From an uncultured SAR86 cluster bacterium (lineage in GTDB: Bacteria; Pseudomonadota; Gammaproteobacteria; Magnimaribacterales; AG-339-G14): a stretch of DNA of 64,000 bases. Below, piece after piece: positions 29,404 to 39,043 of this stretch. The position numbers were made by a program, and so were the translations under genes. The DNA lies in assembly GCA_902536295.1 (NCBI GenBank), contig CACAWS010000004.1, positions 6,568 to 70,567 on the forward strand, given 5' to 3'. Positions within the stretch are counted from its first letter, which is position 1. Every line of letters begins with the position of its first letter. A model generated the notes under the pieces. It saw only the letters and a list, made by a program, of their open reading frames with translations. It ran no database searches and was not told the origin of the DNA.

Positions 29404-30070
29404 AAATATTTTAGCAATTGAAACCTCCGGGCTTTTTTGTTCTGTCGCATTAAAATCAAATGGAAAAATAAAGCATAAAGTAACCGACAGAGAAAATGAG
29501 CATGGGCTCGTAATTTTAGATTTTATTGAAGATCTATTAATACAATCAGATGTTAAAAAAGAAAGTTTGGATTTAATTGCAGTAAGTAATGGTCCTGGAT
29601 CATTTACTGGATTAAGAATAGGTTGTTCAGTTGCTCAAGCTTTAGCTTTCGCAAATAATATTCCCCTTTTACCAATTTCAAGCTTAGTGAATTTAGCTTT
29701 TCAGGCTAATAGCGAACTGGGAAAGAATAACGTTTTTGTAATAACAAATGCACATATGAAAGAACTTTATATAGGTCATTTCGAATTTAATAAAGATCAA
29801 ATTAATATACTTAAAAAAGAAAGTTTAATTAATCATGAAGATCTTTCTAAACACATTGACAAAAACTCTGAAGAGACTTTTTATGTAGGCGATGGAGTTG
29901 GCTTTTTAAGAGAAACGTTAAAGAATAACCTTAATGAAGGTTTTTATTCTAAAGCAGATAATATGTTTGGGTTAATTGAATTTGCATTGAAAGATGAAAA
30001 TTTCTATTCGGCAGAAGAGTTATCCCTAAATTATTTATCTGGCGAAGATCATTGGCGAAAAAATAAATAG
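29369..30070 (+). CDS. tsaB: tRNA threonylcarbamoyladenosine biosynthesis protein TsaB (YeaZ)
   Basis: ILAIETSG and [11 protein letters not shown] motifs are present. The start is uncertain: the listed ATG overlaps adk by 35 bp, and a TTG at 29390 is an alternative. Confidence 0.8.
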   Translation: MKKYLEALRKFKNILAIETSGLFCSVALKSNGKIKHKVTDRENEHGLVILDFIEDLLIQSDVKKESLDLIAVSNGPGSFTGLRIGCSVAQALAFANNIPLLPISSLVNLAFQANSELGKNNVFVITNAHMKELYIGHFEFNKDQINILKKESLINHEDLSKHIDKNSEETFYVGDGVGFLRETLKNNLNEGFYSKADNMFGLIEFALKDENFYSAEELSLNYLSGEDHWRKNK

Positions 30071-30835
30071 ATGGATATTTTAAATATTTTTTTTCTCTCA
30101 CTTCTACAAGGGGTCACTGAATTTTTGCCTATATCTAGCTCCGCCCATTTAATTCTTTTTTCAGAGTTTTTTAATAATCCTAATCAGGATATTACTGTAG
30201 ATATTTTTTCACATTTTGGGACTCTGATAGCGGTGATTTGGTATTTCAGAGATGAGTTATTAAGAATTTTAAAAAGTTATAAATTTAACGAGATCAATAA
30301 TATTGGAAATTGCTTAATGATAAGCACCCTTCCAATATTATTTATTGGATTTTTCTCTAGAGATTTAATTGAAGTTAGTTTAAGAACTCAAGATGTAATA
30401 ATATTTTCTATGATATTTTTTGGAATTCTGTTATTAATTTTTGAAAACTTTAAAGGTAAAAAAACTTTGTACGAACTTAACTGGAAAGATTCAATCGTAA
30501 TTGGGTTTTTCCAAGTGCTTGCTTTAATACCTGGGGCCTCTAGAACAGCGGTAGTAATAATAGGGGCATTGTATTTAGGATATCAAATCAAAGATGCTTT
30601 GAGAGTAAGTTTCTTATTAGCTATCCCTACTTTAGCAATGATTTTTTTGGGAGAAAATTTTATCTTAGGATTCAAATACAACATAAATTTTTCTGAGCTG
30701 TTATTAGTAATCTTCTTTTCTTTTTTAACTGCAATTTTTACTATTCATTTTTTTCTCAAATTAGTAAATAGGATAGGTTTGATTCCCTTTGTAATTTACC
30801 GATTTATCTTAGCAGGAGTATTATTTTTTATTTAA
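30071..30835 (+). CDS. uppP: undecaprenyl-diphosphate phosphatase
   Basis: 254 aa polytopic membrane protein with LQGVTEFLPISSSAHL and PGASR motifs. Confidence 0.9.
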   Translation: MDILNIFFLSLLQGVTEFLPISSSAHLILFSEFFNNPNQDITVDIFSHFGTLIAVIWYFRDELLRILKSYKFNEINNIGNCLMISTLPILFIGFFSRDLIEVSLRTQDVIIFSMIFFGILLLIFENFKGKKTLYELNWKDSIVIGFFQVLALIPGASRTAVVIIGALYLGYQIKDALRVSFLLAIPTLAMIFLGENFILGFKYNINFSELLLVIFFSFLTAIFTIHFFLKLVNRIGLIPFVIYRFILAGVLFFI

Positions 30836-31774
30836 AAACGATCGAAGACTCTGATTAGTCACACTAAGATAAATTTTATATAAAGAAGAAATAATTTTTA
30901 ATGGGAGCGGTAAAGAAGTTTCTTTCAAAAAGTTTTTATTTTTTTTAAGTATTTTGAACCATTTACTAAGGTTGGGATACTCGATCTCGAAAGAAAAACC
31001 TATCGTTTCGAGTCGTCTCAAATAAACAAACCAAGCAATGTCTACAATTGTTAGTTCATTAGAAATTATAAATTTGGTTTCCGATAGTTTTTTATCGATT
31101 TTATTTAGTTTCTCTTTGAAAATATTAATTGAGTTAACAACCGAATCAATCTGGACCCCATCGTTTTTTATGAAATTTTTATGATAGCTAAGTTGCATTT
31201 TTTTTTCTTTATCTTCTAAGCCTTCTACAAAATTTGAAGCATTTTCAAAATTTTTTATGTCTTCATCCTTTTTTTTCATCAGAAAAGTTGGAGCTACAAA
31301 TTTCATTGTGAGGTTTCTTAAATCAAAATGAATGTTATTCTCTTCTTCAAGTAATTCTTCAATCTCTTCTTTGAAATTTTCAGGCCAAAGTAAATTAGAT
31401 TGAAACTTTTTATCTAAGTATTTAATGATGTCATTACTTTCGATATGAACTTCTCCATCATCTACCAAAACAGGCACAATACCTCTTGGATTAATACCTA
31501 AAAACCATTCAGAAAAATTATCTCCATTAACTAAATTTATATGGTGACTTTTCCAATTAATTTTTTTTTCGTTTAAAAATATTCTTAATTTTTGAGAACA
31601 ACTGGATCCTTTGAAATGGAGAATATTAATTCCTTTCCAATTTTTTACTTCACTAGTTTTAATGTCAGTATCTAAAAGTTTTACCATAACAATTCTTAGT
31701 GAAGAATATATTAATATAGTTAAACATGAAATCAATTCAAGAGCCTTTTGTTTCTTATCTTTCTGAGAATTCAA
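30821..31774 (-). CDS. glutathione S-transferase-like protein (thioredoxin-like N domain, long helical C domain)
   Basis: The GST_N pattern is KLRIFLNEKKINWKSHHINL...GIVPVLVDDGEVHIESNDIIKYL. The start is uncertain: the longest ORF overlaps the rsmJ 5' end, and an internal Met (MVKLL, 31687) is possible. Confidence 0.55.
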   Translation of the reverse strand: MNSQKDKKQKALELISCLTILIYSSLRIVMVKLLDTDIKTSEVKNWKGINILHFKGSSCSQKLRIFLNEKKINWKSHHINLVNGDNFSEWFLGINPRGIVPVLVDDGEVHIESNDIIKYLDKKFQSNLLWPENFKEEIEELLEEENNIHFDLRNLTMKFVAPTFLMKKKDEDIKNFENASNFVEGLEDKEKKMQLSYHKNFIKNDGVQIDSVVNSINIFKEKLNKIDKKLSETKFIISNELTIVDIAWFVYLRRLETIGFSFEIEYPNLSKWFKILKKNKNFLKETSLPLPLKIISSLYKIYLSVTNQSLRSFLNKK

Positions 31775-32457
31775 AAATTAAAGCTAAAACTTTTTCTAAA
31801 AAACATAACTTGATTTTGCAAACGCCTAGGGAACTTAGAAAATTTAACTTTAATAAACTTGTGATTTGGATTGGTCAGGAAGAGAAATATTTGCAAGATC
31901 TTTCTATTAAAAATTCAAAGCCTTTTAGTCTAAATTTTGCTAATCTTTTAGGAAAAAAAAATAATAAAAATCTACTTCAAAGGTGTTTTTCTAAATTCGA
32001 TAGAAGTTTTTTAGTTTACGATCTTACTGCGGGATTTTGTTTTGATTCTTTTTTGATTAGTGAATTAGGGTTTAAAGTGAAAGCCTTCGAAAAAGAGTCC
32101 TGGCTTTATGAATTTACCAAAGAAAAATTAAAACATCAAAAAATAGAGAATATTAAAATTAAAAAAAAGAACTCGTTAGATGTTTTAAATGAAATAAAAG
32201 ATAAATCAATTATTTATTTAGATCCTATGTTTGGAGTGGATAATAAAGCTTTTGCAAAAAAAGAAATGCATTTTTTGAGAAAGTCTATTTTTGATGATCC
32301 TGATAGGTTAATAAAAGCGTCGTTAAAATCTAAAGCAAATTTGATTGTAATAAAAAGACACAAAGTAGATAAATCTAAAATTAAACATATTCCATCATTT
32401 GAGTTAGTTGGCAAAGTTATAAGTTTTCAAGTTTTTGATAGAAGAGAAAGTCTATAA
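31726..32457 (+). CDS. rsmJ: 16S rRNA (guanine1516-N2)-methyltransferase RsmJ
   Basis: DLTAGFCFDSF, YLDPMF and KKEM motifs occur in the same order as in E. coli RsmJ (DATAGLGRDAF, YLDPMF, KKEM). Confidence 0.75.
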   Translation: MKSIQEPFVSYLSENSKIKAKTFSKKHNLILQTPRELRKFNFNKLVIWIGQEEKYLQDLSIKNSKPFSLNFANLLGKKNNKNLLQRCFSKFDRSFLVYDLTAGFCFDSFLISELGFKVKAFEKESWLYEFTKEKLKHQKIENIKIKKKNSLDVLNEIKDKSIIYLDPMFGVDNKAFAKKEMHFLRKSIFDDPDRLIKASLKSKANLIVIKRHKVDKSKIKHIPSFELVGKVISFQVFDRRESL

Positions 32458-32886
32458 CCATCTTCTTGTCTTAGAGGAGTATTCTTGCCAATCTTCTCCA
32501 AAGATCTTGGATAGTTTTTTCTCTTCATGAGTTATCCAAGTAAAATTAATTATTAAAAAAAATATAATTGTTACTAAAAGTGAAGAAAATGATTGAAGAG
32601 ATATGGCTGTCCCTAATAAAATCAAAACCATGCCCAAATAAATTGGATTTCTTGAAATTTTAAAAGGTCCATCGACTACCAATTTTGTGGGATTACCGTC
32701 AGGAATGAATGTTGTTTTCATCTTTGAGAGTTTTTTCAAAGAAATATAAACCAAAGCAATTCCTGACAAAATGATAAAAATTCCAAAGATAATGCTTAAA
32801 TTAAAAAGAACTGGATAGGTTAAATAAAGAACAGTTTGTATCATTAGTGCTGATAATAAAATGACAGGAGGGTAAGTAATTTTCAT
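32452..32886 (-). CDS. isoprenylcysteine carboxyl / phospholipid methyltransferase family membrane protein
   Basis: The SRNPIYLGMVLILLG motif and multiple TM segments are present. I prefer the start at MKITYPP (32886), which avoids overlap with the plsB 3' end. Confidence 0.6.
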   Translation of the reverse strand: MKITYPPVILLSALMIQTVLYLTYPVLFNLSIIFGIFIILSGIALVYISLKKLSKMKTTFIPDGNPTKLVVDGPFKISRNPIYLGMVLILLGTAISLQSFSSLLVTIIFFLIINFTWITHEEKKLSKIFGEDWQEYSSKTRRWL

Positions 32887-32909
32887 TTTTAAATTATATA
32901 AAATTTTTT

Positions 32910-34979
32910 TTAATTGGCAGAAAAACTTTCTAACCAAAGAGATGCAAACATTCCCGCAGCATCTTTCTCTTTTTCATTATCTGACCAAGATATCTCACTA
33001 TTTGAATCGATCTTTAATAAATTTATTTTTTTAAGATTCTCTAAAATGTTACAAATTTTTTTCTCTGCATTGCTTAAAGATATTTCAATAAAGAAATCTT
33101 TTTTAATTTGAGGAAAAATTTCTAAAAAGTCGTTGATAAGATCGTTTTTTATAATTTTTTTTCTAGACTTATACATAACGTAAGCCTGCAAAATTAAAAG
33201 ATGTAAGATATTATTTTTATAAAATTCCATAAGACTTTTTTCATTTTTGCTTATTTTTAAAACCTTAGGCTTATCATATTTATAAAATTTCAATTTTTTT
33301 ACTTTTTGAATTATTTCGTCAGAGGTAATATTTGGCAGTTTTATTAACTCTGAATATTTGGCAGTTTCAATTACCTTTTTAAGGACTTCAATGCGAAAGG
33401 AAAGTCTTTTTTTATCAATTTCTTTATCACTAATATCTGAAATACTCGACGCAAACAAACTAGAGGAAGTTACGACTGTAGCTTTATTAATATTGGTCAT
33501 GATTTTATTTCCTAGCAGAGGAGTGACCTCAAAAAGCCAAGATTTTTTGTCAGTATCTTCGCTCAAATCTATTAAATCTTTTTGCCAATTTGGCGCATGT
33601 TTGTCTAGAAAAGATTTTAGGTCTATGGGCTCTCCAAATTGAAGATAAGCATTGCCTAAGTAACTTCTAAAATCACTAATAGTAGAAAAAATTGATGATA
33701 AGTTTTCTTTTTTCTTTTTCTGACCTCTAGATTCTTTCAAATGTGATTTTCCCTCCAAGACTTTTTCATAGTTTATGGAGATAGGTAAAAACTTAACATT
33801 TCTTTCGTCCATGTCTTGGAAGGATTTAATAATCATAGAAATTATCCCAGGTCTCGGAGTAAGCAATCTACCAGTTCTTGTTCTTCCTCCTTCGGGGAAA
33901 AATTCAATTGAATATCCTCTTTGAAAAAGTTTTCTTAAGTGTTCAAAAAAAACTTTTGAATATAACCTGTTTGGTCCAAAAGATCTTCTCATGAAGAAAG
34001 CTCCTCCATTCCTAAGAATCCTTCCTAGAAAAGGTAAGTTAAGATTTTTACCTGCAACGATTTGGGGCAACATTAAATTATTCGTATAAAGTTCATAAGA
34101 CAAAGCAAGATAGTCAATGTGACTTCTATGAGAGGGTGTGTAAATCAAAGAATTTTCAACCGCCAAATCGTTTATTTTTTCTATGCCTAAAATTTCAAGT
34201 CCATCGTAACGACTATTCCAAAACCAATTTAATGCCTTGTCATAGAGGTAAATTACAGGATAGGAAATGTCAGAACATATTTCTAAAGCATATTTATAAG
34301 CTTTCTTTTTTTCATTATTTTCTAATTTTTTTGACCCATTTGAAGAAAGCTTAATCTCCTGTTTTACTGAGGATGAGTTCAGAATCGCATGTATAAGTGT
34401 TCTTTTGTTAGAAATATCTGGACCTATCTTAGCTTGCCTGTTTTTTCGAAATCTAGCTCTCAAAAGCCTATCTGTTTTAAGTACCAGATGAGCTGAACTT
34501 CTTTTTTGACTGAATATATCTTCTGTTTCTAGAGGCTTATGAAAAAAAACACTAGCTTGTCTGCCATTAAAAATTACTTTTAGTAAATTTCTTAAAAAAG
34601 ATCCTGCCTCCCACGAGTCCCTGAAAATTAATTTTACCCAATGATCTTGTCTTTCAGGCGCTTTACCCCAGAAAACGTCGACTGGAATTATTATTTTGTC
34701 TACGCTTTTGGAGTCACTAGCGATTTGATGTAATTCTCTAGGACTTCTTCTTCTTGGCTTTTGCCAAGGAAAAAGTCTTTTGGCTCCTTTAAGTTGAAAG
34801 AAATTTTTTTTGTTTTTTTTTGGTTGAGAAAAATTGTTTTGTTTAGCAGTTTTTATCAAAGCATTTAAGTCAAATGATGATCCAGTAGAAAGTGCATATA
34901 TGACTTTTTGAGATTGGACTAATCTTTTGACATCTTCAGTCTCAAACTCGGCTTCAGGGCTTATTAGAAAATTTATCAT
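32910..34979 (-). CDS. plsB: glycerol-3-phosphate 1-O-acyltransferase
   Basis: 689 aa with HRSHIDYLAL (HX4D), FFMRRSF and FFPEGGRTRTGRLL blocks, as in E. coli PlsB. Confidence 0.88.
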   Translation of the reverse strand: MINFLISPEAEFETEDVKRLVQSQKVIYALSTGSSFDLNALIKTAKQNNFSQPKKNKKNFFQLKGAKRLFPWQKPRRRSPRELHQIASDSKSVDKIIIPVDVFWGKAPERQDHWVKLIFRDSWEAGSFLRNLLKVIFNGRQASVFFHKPLETEDIFSQKRSSAHLVLKTDRLLRARFRKNRQAKIGPDISNKRTLIHAILNSSSVKQEIKLSSNGSKKLENNEKKKAYKYALEICSDISYPVIYLYDKALNWFWNSRYDGLEILGIEKINDLAVENSLIYTPSHRSHIDYLALSYELYTNNLMLPQIVAGKNLNLPFLGRILRNGGAFFMRRSFGPNRLYSKVFFEHLRKLFQRGYSIEFFPEGGRTRTGRLLTPRPGIISMIIKSFQDMDERNVKFLPISINYEKVLEGKSHLKESRGQKKKKENLSSIFSTISDFRSYLGNAYLQFGEPIDLKSFLDKHAPNWQKDLIDLSEDTDKKSWLFEVTPLLGNKIMTNINKATVVTSSSLFASSISDISDKEIDKKRLSFRIEVLKKVIETAKYSELIKLPNITSDEIIQKVKKLKFYKYDKPKVLKISKNEKSLMEFYKNNILHLLILQAYVMYKSRKKIIKNDLINDFLEIFPQIKKDFFIEISLSNAEKKICNILENLKKINLLKIDSNSEISWSDNEKEKDAAGMFASLWLESFSAN

Positions 34980-35005
34980 CTTCTTTAAAATAACTATTTG
35001 ATGGT

Positions 35006-35014
35006 ATTATCCAC
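35006..35014 (+). promoter_or_regulatory. isolated perfect DnaA-box 9-mer TTATCCACA between plsB and tRNA-Leu
   Basis: Read directly. The function is unknown. Confidence 0.25.
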
Positions 35015-35075
35015 AAAAATTTAATCTATTTAATAATGAAATCCATGTAGTATATTGATTTTACAATTTAATTAA

Positions 35076-35161
35076 GCCGAAGTGGCGGAATTGGTAGACG
35101 CGCTCGATTCAAAATCGAGTGCCCAAAAGGCGTGAGAGTTCGAGTCTCTCCTTCGGTACCA
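35076..35161 (+). tRNA. tRNA-Leu (anticodon CAA), long variable arm, CCA encoded
   Basis: GCCGAAG acceptor, GCGGAATTGGTAGACGC D-arm, CTCGA-TTCAAAA-TCGAG anticodon arm, GAGAG-TTCGAGT-CTCTC T-arm and a 3' CTTCGGT-A-CCA (G1-U72 wobble). Confidence 0.9.
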
Positions 35162-35170
35162 GAGAAAAAT

Positions 35171-35482
35171 ATGAATGAAATACAATTAATTACTGCCCAA
35201 TCCTCTTCTTTTTTAGGCCCTCAATTAATCCTGATTGGTGGATTTTTTCTTTTTATTTACTTTCTTATTATTAGACCGCAAAACAAGAGAATGAAAGCTC
35301 AGAAAGAGATGATTGAGAATTTATCAGTCGGAGATGAAATAGTTATATCAGGAGGAATTGTTGGATCAATATTAAAAATTACTGAAAATTTTTTAACCAT
35401 TAGAGCTAATAATTCAGAATTAACAGTTCAAAGGTCTGCTGTGAGCAGCGTTCTCCCAAAAGGAACAATAAAATCTTTATAG
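35171..35482 (+). CDS. yajC: preprotein translocase subunit YajC
   Basis: 103 aa with a single TM segment followed by IIRPQNKRMKAQKEM..GDEIVISGGIVG. The listed start at 35132 lies inside the tRNA, so I use the ATG at 35171. Confidence 0.88.
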   Translation: MNEIQLITAQSSSFLGPQLILIGGFFLFIYFLIIRPQNKRMKAQKEMIENLSVGDEIVISGGIVGSILKITENFLTIRANNSELTVQRSAVSSVLPKGTIKSL

Positions 35483-35486
35483 AGAA

Positions 35487-37301
35487 GTGAGATTTCAAGC
35501 TTGGAAAACTTTATTTGTTTTATTGGTTTTAACAATAGGCATAATTTTTTCTTTGCCAAATATCTTCCCTCCAGATCCTTCTGTTCAAATCACTACTTCA
35601 AGCGCTGGAGACGGCTTTTCAGAGAAATTTATTGAAGATTTAAAAAATAAAACACGCAATGCAGATATTAATGATTTGTTTTTTGAGAATAATGATAAAT
35701 CTATTCTCATAAGAACAAAAAGTTACCAAGATCAAATTAAACTTAAAGACTTTCTTCAAAAAGAACTTAATGAAAATTTTGTAGTGGCTCTTAATTTGGC
35801 TGCTAATACGCCAAATTGGCTTAAATCTCTAAATGCTAAACCTATGAAATTGGGCCTTGATTTAAGAGGAGGGGTAAATTTTCTAATGGAAGTTGACACA
35901 GATTTACTAATGAAAACAAAGCTAGAATCAACCTCTTCTGTTTTAAGAAATTCCTTAAGAGAAGCAAGAATAAAAATTAATTCGATCAATGTTGATAAAA
36001 ATAACATCTTTATAGATTTGAGTGATGAAGAAAAAAAAGAAGATTTCAATAGAATAATCTCCGATTTAGGAATATTAGATGTGAGTCTTGTTCAAAACTC
36101 AGAGTATGAACTCTCATTTTCTGATCAAGAAATTGAAAATACAGTTGAATATGCTGTTCTACAAAATTTAACTACTTTAAGAAATAGAGTAAATGAATTG
36201 GGAGTTTCTGAGCCCATTGTTCAAAGAGAAGGCGAAAAAAGAATATCGGTTCAATTACCTGGTATACAGGATACAGCAGAGGCAAAAAAAATTATTGGTA
36301 AAACTGCAAATTTAGAATTTAGATTAGAAGCAAAAAATAATTCATTGGCTTCAAGAGTAGAAACATTTCCTTATCGAGGACTAAAAACAAAGTTAGAAAA
36401 AAAAATAATTATTTCCGGAGATCGTGTTTCTGATGCCAGTGTCGGTTTTGATGAAAACGGCTTTCCCCAAGTAAACATTTCCCTTGATTCAGATGGTGGG
36501 GCGCAAATGCATAGAGCTACTCGTAATAATGTTGGTACAAGAATGGCCGTTTTGTTTGTTGAAAAAAAAATTAGTTCTTTAAATGAAAGTGAATTGAGCT
36601 CAATTAAAAATTTTTATGATAAAAAAATAATTAGTCTTGCAACTATTCAATCTGCTCTTGCAAATCAATTCAGAATAACTGGGCTAGATTCTCCCGCAGA
36701 GGCCTCTGAACTAGCTTTATTGCTGAGGGCTGGAGCTCTTGCGGCACCAATGAACTTTGTAGAAGAGGGAACCATAGGACCTTCGCTTGGGGCTGACAAT
36801 ATAAGACTTGGTATAAATTCTTTAATTCTAGGTCTTTCGCTGGTCTTAATATTTATGGTCTTTTATTACAAAGGTTTTGGTTTTATTGCAAACTTGGCGG
36901 TTATTCTAAATCTAGTATTAATTGTCTCAATAATGTCAATTTTGTCAGCAACGTTAACTTTACCTGGTATTGCAGGAATAGTTCTAACCATCGGAATGGC
37001 GGTAGATGCAAATGTGCTAATTTTTTCAAGGATACGAGAAGAGTTACAACGAAATTTAAAACCTTTGGAAGCAATTACATCAGGATACGATAGGGCTTTC
37101 GTTACTATTGTGGATGCGAATTTAACCACACTAATAGTAGCTTTGATTTTATATATTGTTGGAACAGGCCCTATTCAAGGTTTTGCAATCACCCTTTCAG
37201 TTGGAATTTTAACTTCAATGTTTACTGCGATCTTGTTTACGAGGATGCTTGTATATTTTGTTTATGGTCGAAGGCGTAATATAGAAAAAATTTGGATATA
37301 G
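35487..37301 (+). CDS. secD: protein translocase subunit SecD
   Basis: 604 aa with a large periplasmic domain and six TM segments. The LGLDLRGG motif is present. Confidence 0.93.
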   Translation: MRFQAWKTLFVLLVLTIGIIFSLPNIFPPDPSVQITTSSAGDGFSEKFIEDLKNKTRNADINDLFFENNDKSILIRTKSYQDQIKLKDFLQKELNENFVVALNLAANTPNWLKSLNAKPMKLGLDLRGGVNFLMEVDTDLLMKTKLESTSSVLRNSLREARIKINSINVDKNNIFIDLSDEEKKEDFNRIISDLGILDVSLVQNSEYELSFSDQEIENTVEYAVLQNLTTLRNRVNELGVSEPIVQREGEKRISVQLPGIQDTAEAKKIIGKTANLEFRLEAKNNSLASRVETFPYRGLKTKLEKKIIISGDRVSDASVGFDENGFPQVNISLDSDGGAQMHRATRNNVGTRMAVLFVEKKISSLNESELSSIKNFYDKKIISLATIQSALANQFRITGLDSPAEASELALLLRAGALAAPMNFVEEGTIGPSLGADNIRLGINSLILGLSLVLIFMVFYYKGFGFIANLAVILNLVLIVSIMSILSATLTLPGIAGIVLTIGMAVDANVLIFSRIREELQRNLKPLEAITSGYDRAFVTIVDANLTTLIVALILYIVGTGPIQGFAITLSVGILTSMFTAILFTRMLVYFVYGRRRNIEKIWI

Positions 37302-37305
37302 ACTT

Positions 37306-38208
37306 ATGAATATTCAATTTATGAAATTTAGAAAAATTGCTTTGATCATTTCCGGGTTATTGCTTATTACTTCTTTAATTTCTTTAACATTTAAAAATCT
37401 AGAGCTAGGTCTGGATTTCACAGGGGGGGTGTTGTTAGAAATTAAGCTTGAAAATAACTTGAAAAGCCTAGAAGAGATTAGAACGCTTCTATTAGAAAAA
37501 AATATCAATGACTTTATTTTAAATTTTTCAGGTTCTCAAAACGACGTGATTATAAAAATACCTGGACAGATAGAAAGTGCAAACTCAGAACTTCTCAAAT
37601 CTGTTTTACAGGAGAGCTATGACTATGATCTTAGAAAGGAAGAGTTTATTGGTCCTCAAATTGGAGAAGAACTTAGAGATCAAGGTGGCCTAGGATTGCT
37701 CTTAGCTCTGGTAATAATGACTATTTATATAATGTTTCGTTTTCAATACAAATTTGCTATCGGTGCAATTTTTGCTCTAATTCACGATGTTTTAATAGTT
37801 TTGGGTTTATTTTCTTTATTTTCTATAGATTTTGATTTGACTGTTTTAGCGGCTGTTTTAGCGGTAATAGGATATTCATTAAACGACACAATAGTTGTAT
37901 CAGACAGAATTAGAGAAAATTTTAGAAAAAAAAGAAGATCAGAAGCTATTCCACTTATCGATAGGTCTTTAAACCAAATGTTAGGAAGAACGCTCATAAC
38001 TTCTTTAACAACTTTATTAGTTCTTTTTGCCTTGTTGATATTTGGTGGAGATGCAATTCAAAATTTTTCTATTGCTCTAATAATTGGGGTAATCGCTGGA
38101 ACTTATTCTTCAATATACATTGTGTGTAATACCCTAATTTCTTTAAATGTGATTGCGGACGATTTGGCAGTCAGAAAATCGGAAAGATTTGACGATGGGA
38201 TGCCATGA
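37306..38208 (+). CDS. secF: protein translocase subunit SecF
   Basis: 300 aa with the GLDFTGG motif and SecD/F TM core. Confidence 0.93.
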   Translation: MNIQFMKFRKIALIISGLLLITSLISLTFKNLELGLDFTGGVLLEIKLENNLKSLEEIRTLLLEKNINDFILNFSGSQNDVIIKIPGQIESANSELLKSVLQESYDYDLRKEEFIGPQIGEELRDQGGLGLLLALVIMTIYIMFRFQYKFAIGAIFALIHDVLIVLGLFSLFSIDFDLTVLAAVLAVIGYSLNDTIVVSDRIRENFRKKRRSEAIPLIDRSLNQMLGRTLITSLTTLLVLFALLIFGGDAIQNFSIALIIGVIAGTYSSIYIVCNTLISLNVIADDLAVRKSERFDDGMP

Positions 38209-38209
38209 T

Positions 38210-39007
38210 TTATTTAAAAGAGCTTTTCACATCTTTTAGAATCGTCTCAACACATTTTTTATTTCCGGCAATTAAATGATGAGAATTATCTACGCATGGT
38301 TCTCCAAAAAAATTAGAAACATAACCACCAGCTTCCTGCACAAGCAATACCCCAGCTGCAAAATCCCAATGTTTCATCCCATAACCTACAAAAGCATCCA
38401 GCCTTCCTGCAGCTACATAAGCTAAATCAATAGCAGTCGAACCTGTTCGTCTTAAAGTCAAATTATGATTATATAGTTTCCTTATCACGTCCAAGGTGTT
38501 TAACTCGGGTTTAATTTTGCCTGAATGGAAAGAGTTACATAACAAAGAATTTTTAAGTGATTTAATTTTAGAAACTCTAAGTCTTTCTTGATTTAGATAA
38601 GCTCCTTTCCCCTTTGATGCAAAATATTCATCATCTCTTGTTATGTCATAAATAACTCCATGTGATAAAACGTCATTTTCATAACAAGCTATAGAAATTG
38701 AATAGTACGGGAAACCGTGAATAAAGTTTGTTGTACCATCGATTGGATCGATAACCCAAAGCAATTCGGCATTATCTTTTCCCGACCTTCCTGATTCTTC
38801 GCAAAGAAAAGCGCTGTTAGGAAAAGCCTCACTAATTGAGGAGATGATTATATTTTCTGCAATTGTATCTACCTGTGTAACAAAATCTGTTGGACCTTTT
38901 TCATAAATTTTCACTTTATCCATTCTACGAGAGAATTTATGTATCTCCTTGGCTGCTAGTCTTGCTGCCTTTATAGCTATATTGATTTTAGGCTCTTTCG
39001 ATTGCAC
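38210..39007 (-). CDS. suhB: inositol monophosphatase family protein (SuhB)
   Basis: 265 aa with WVIDPIDGTTNF and WDFAAG motifs. It is divergent from trmJ, as in E. coli. Confidence 0.88.
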   Translation of the reverse strand: MQSKEPKINIAIKAARLAAKEIHKFSRRMDKVKIYEKGPTDFVTQVDTIAENIIISSISEAFPNSAFLCEESGRSGKDNAELLWVIDPIDGTTNFIHGFPYYSISIACYENDVLSHGVIYDITRDDEYFASKGKGAYLNQERLRVSKIKSLKNSLLCNSFHSGKIKPELNTLDVIRKLYNHNLTLRRTGSTAIDLAYVAAGRLDAFVGYGMKHWDFAAGVLLVQEAGGYVSNFFGEPCVDNSHHLIAGNKKCVETILKDVKSSFK

Positions 39008-39043
39008 AAAACAATTGTAAACTATTGCTCAAGTTAGAGCAGA

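Noticed and set aside
35006-35014. Single perfect DnaA box as a second origin or regulatory site
   Set aside because: It is isolated, with no neighbouring boxes or extended AT-rich unwinding region. About one such 9-mer is expected by chance in a window of this size and composition.
35132-35170. Upstream extension of yajC given in the ORF track
   Set aside because: It reads through the T-arm and acceptor stem of tRNA-Leu. The YajC homology starts at the ATG at 35171.
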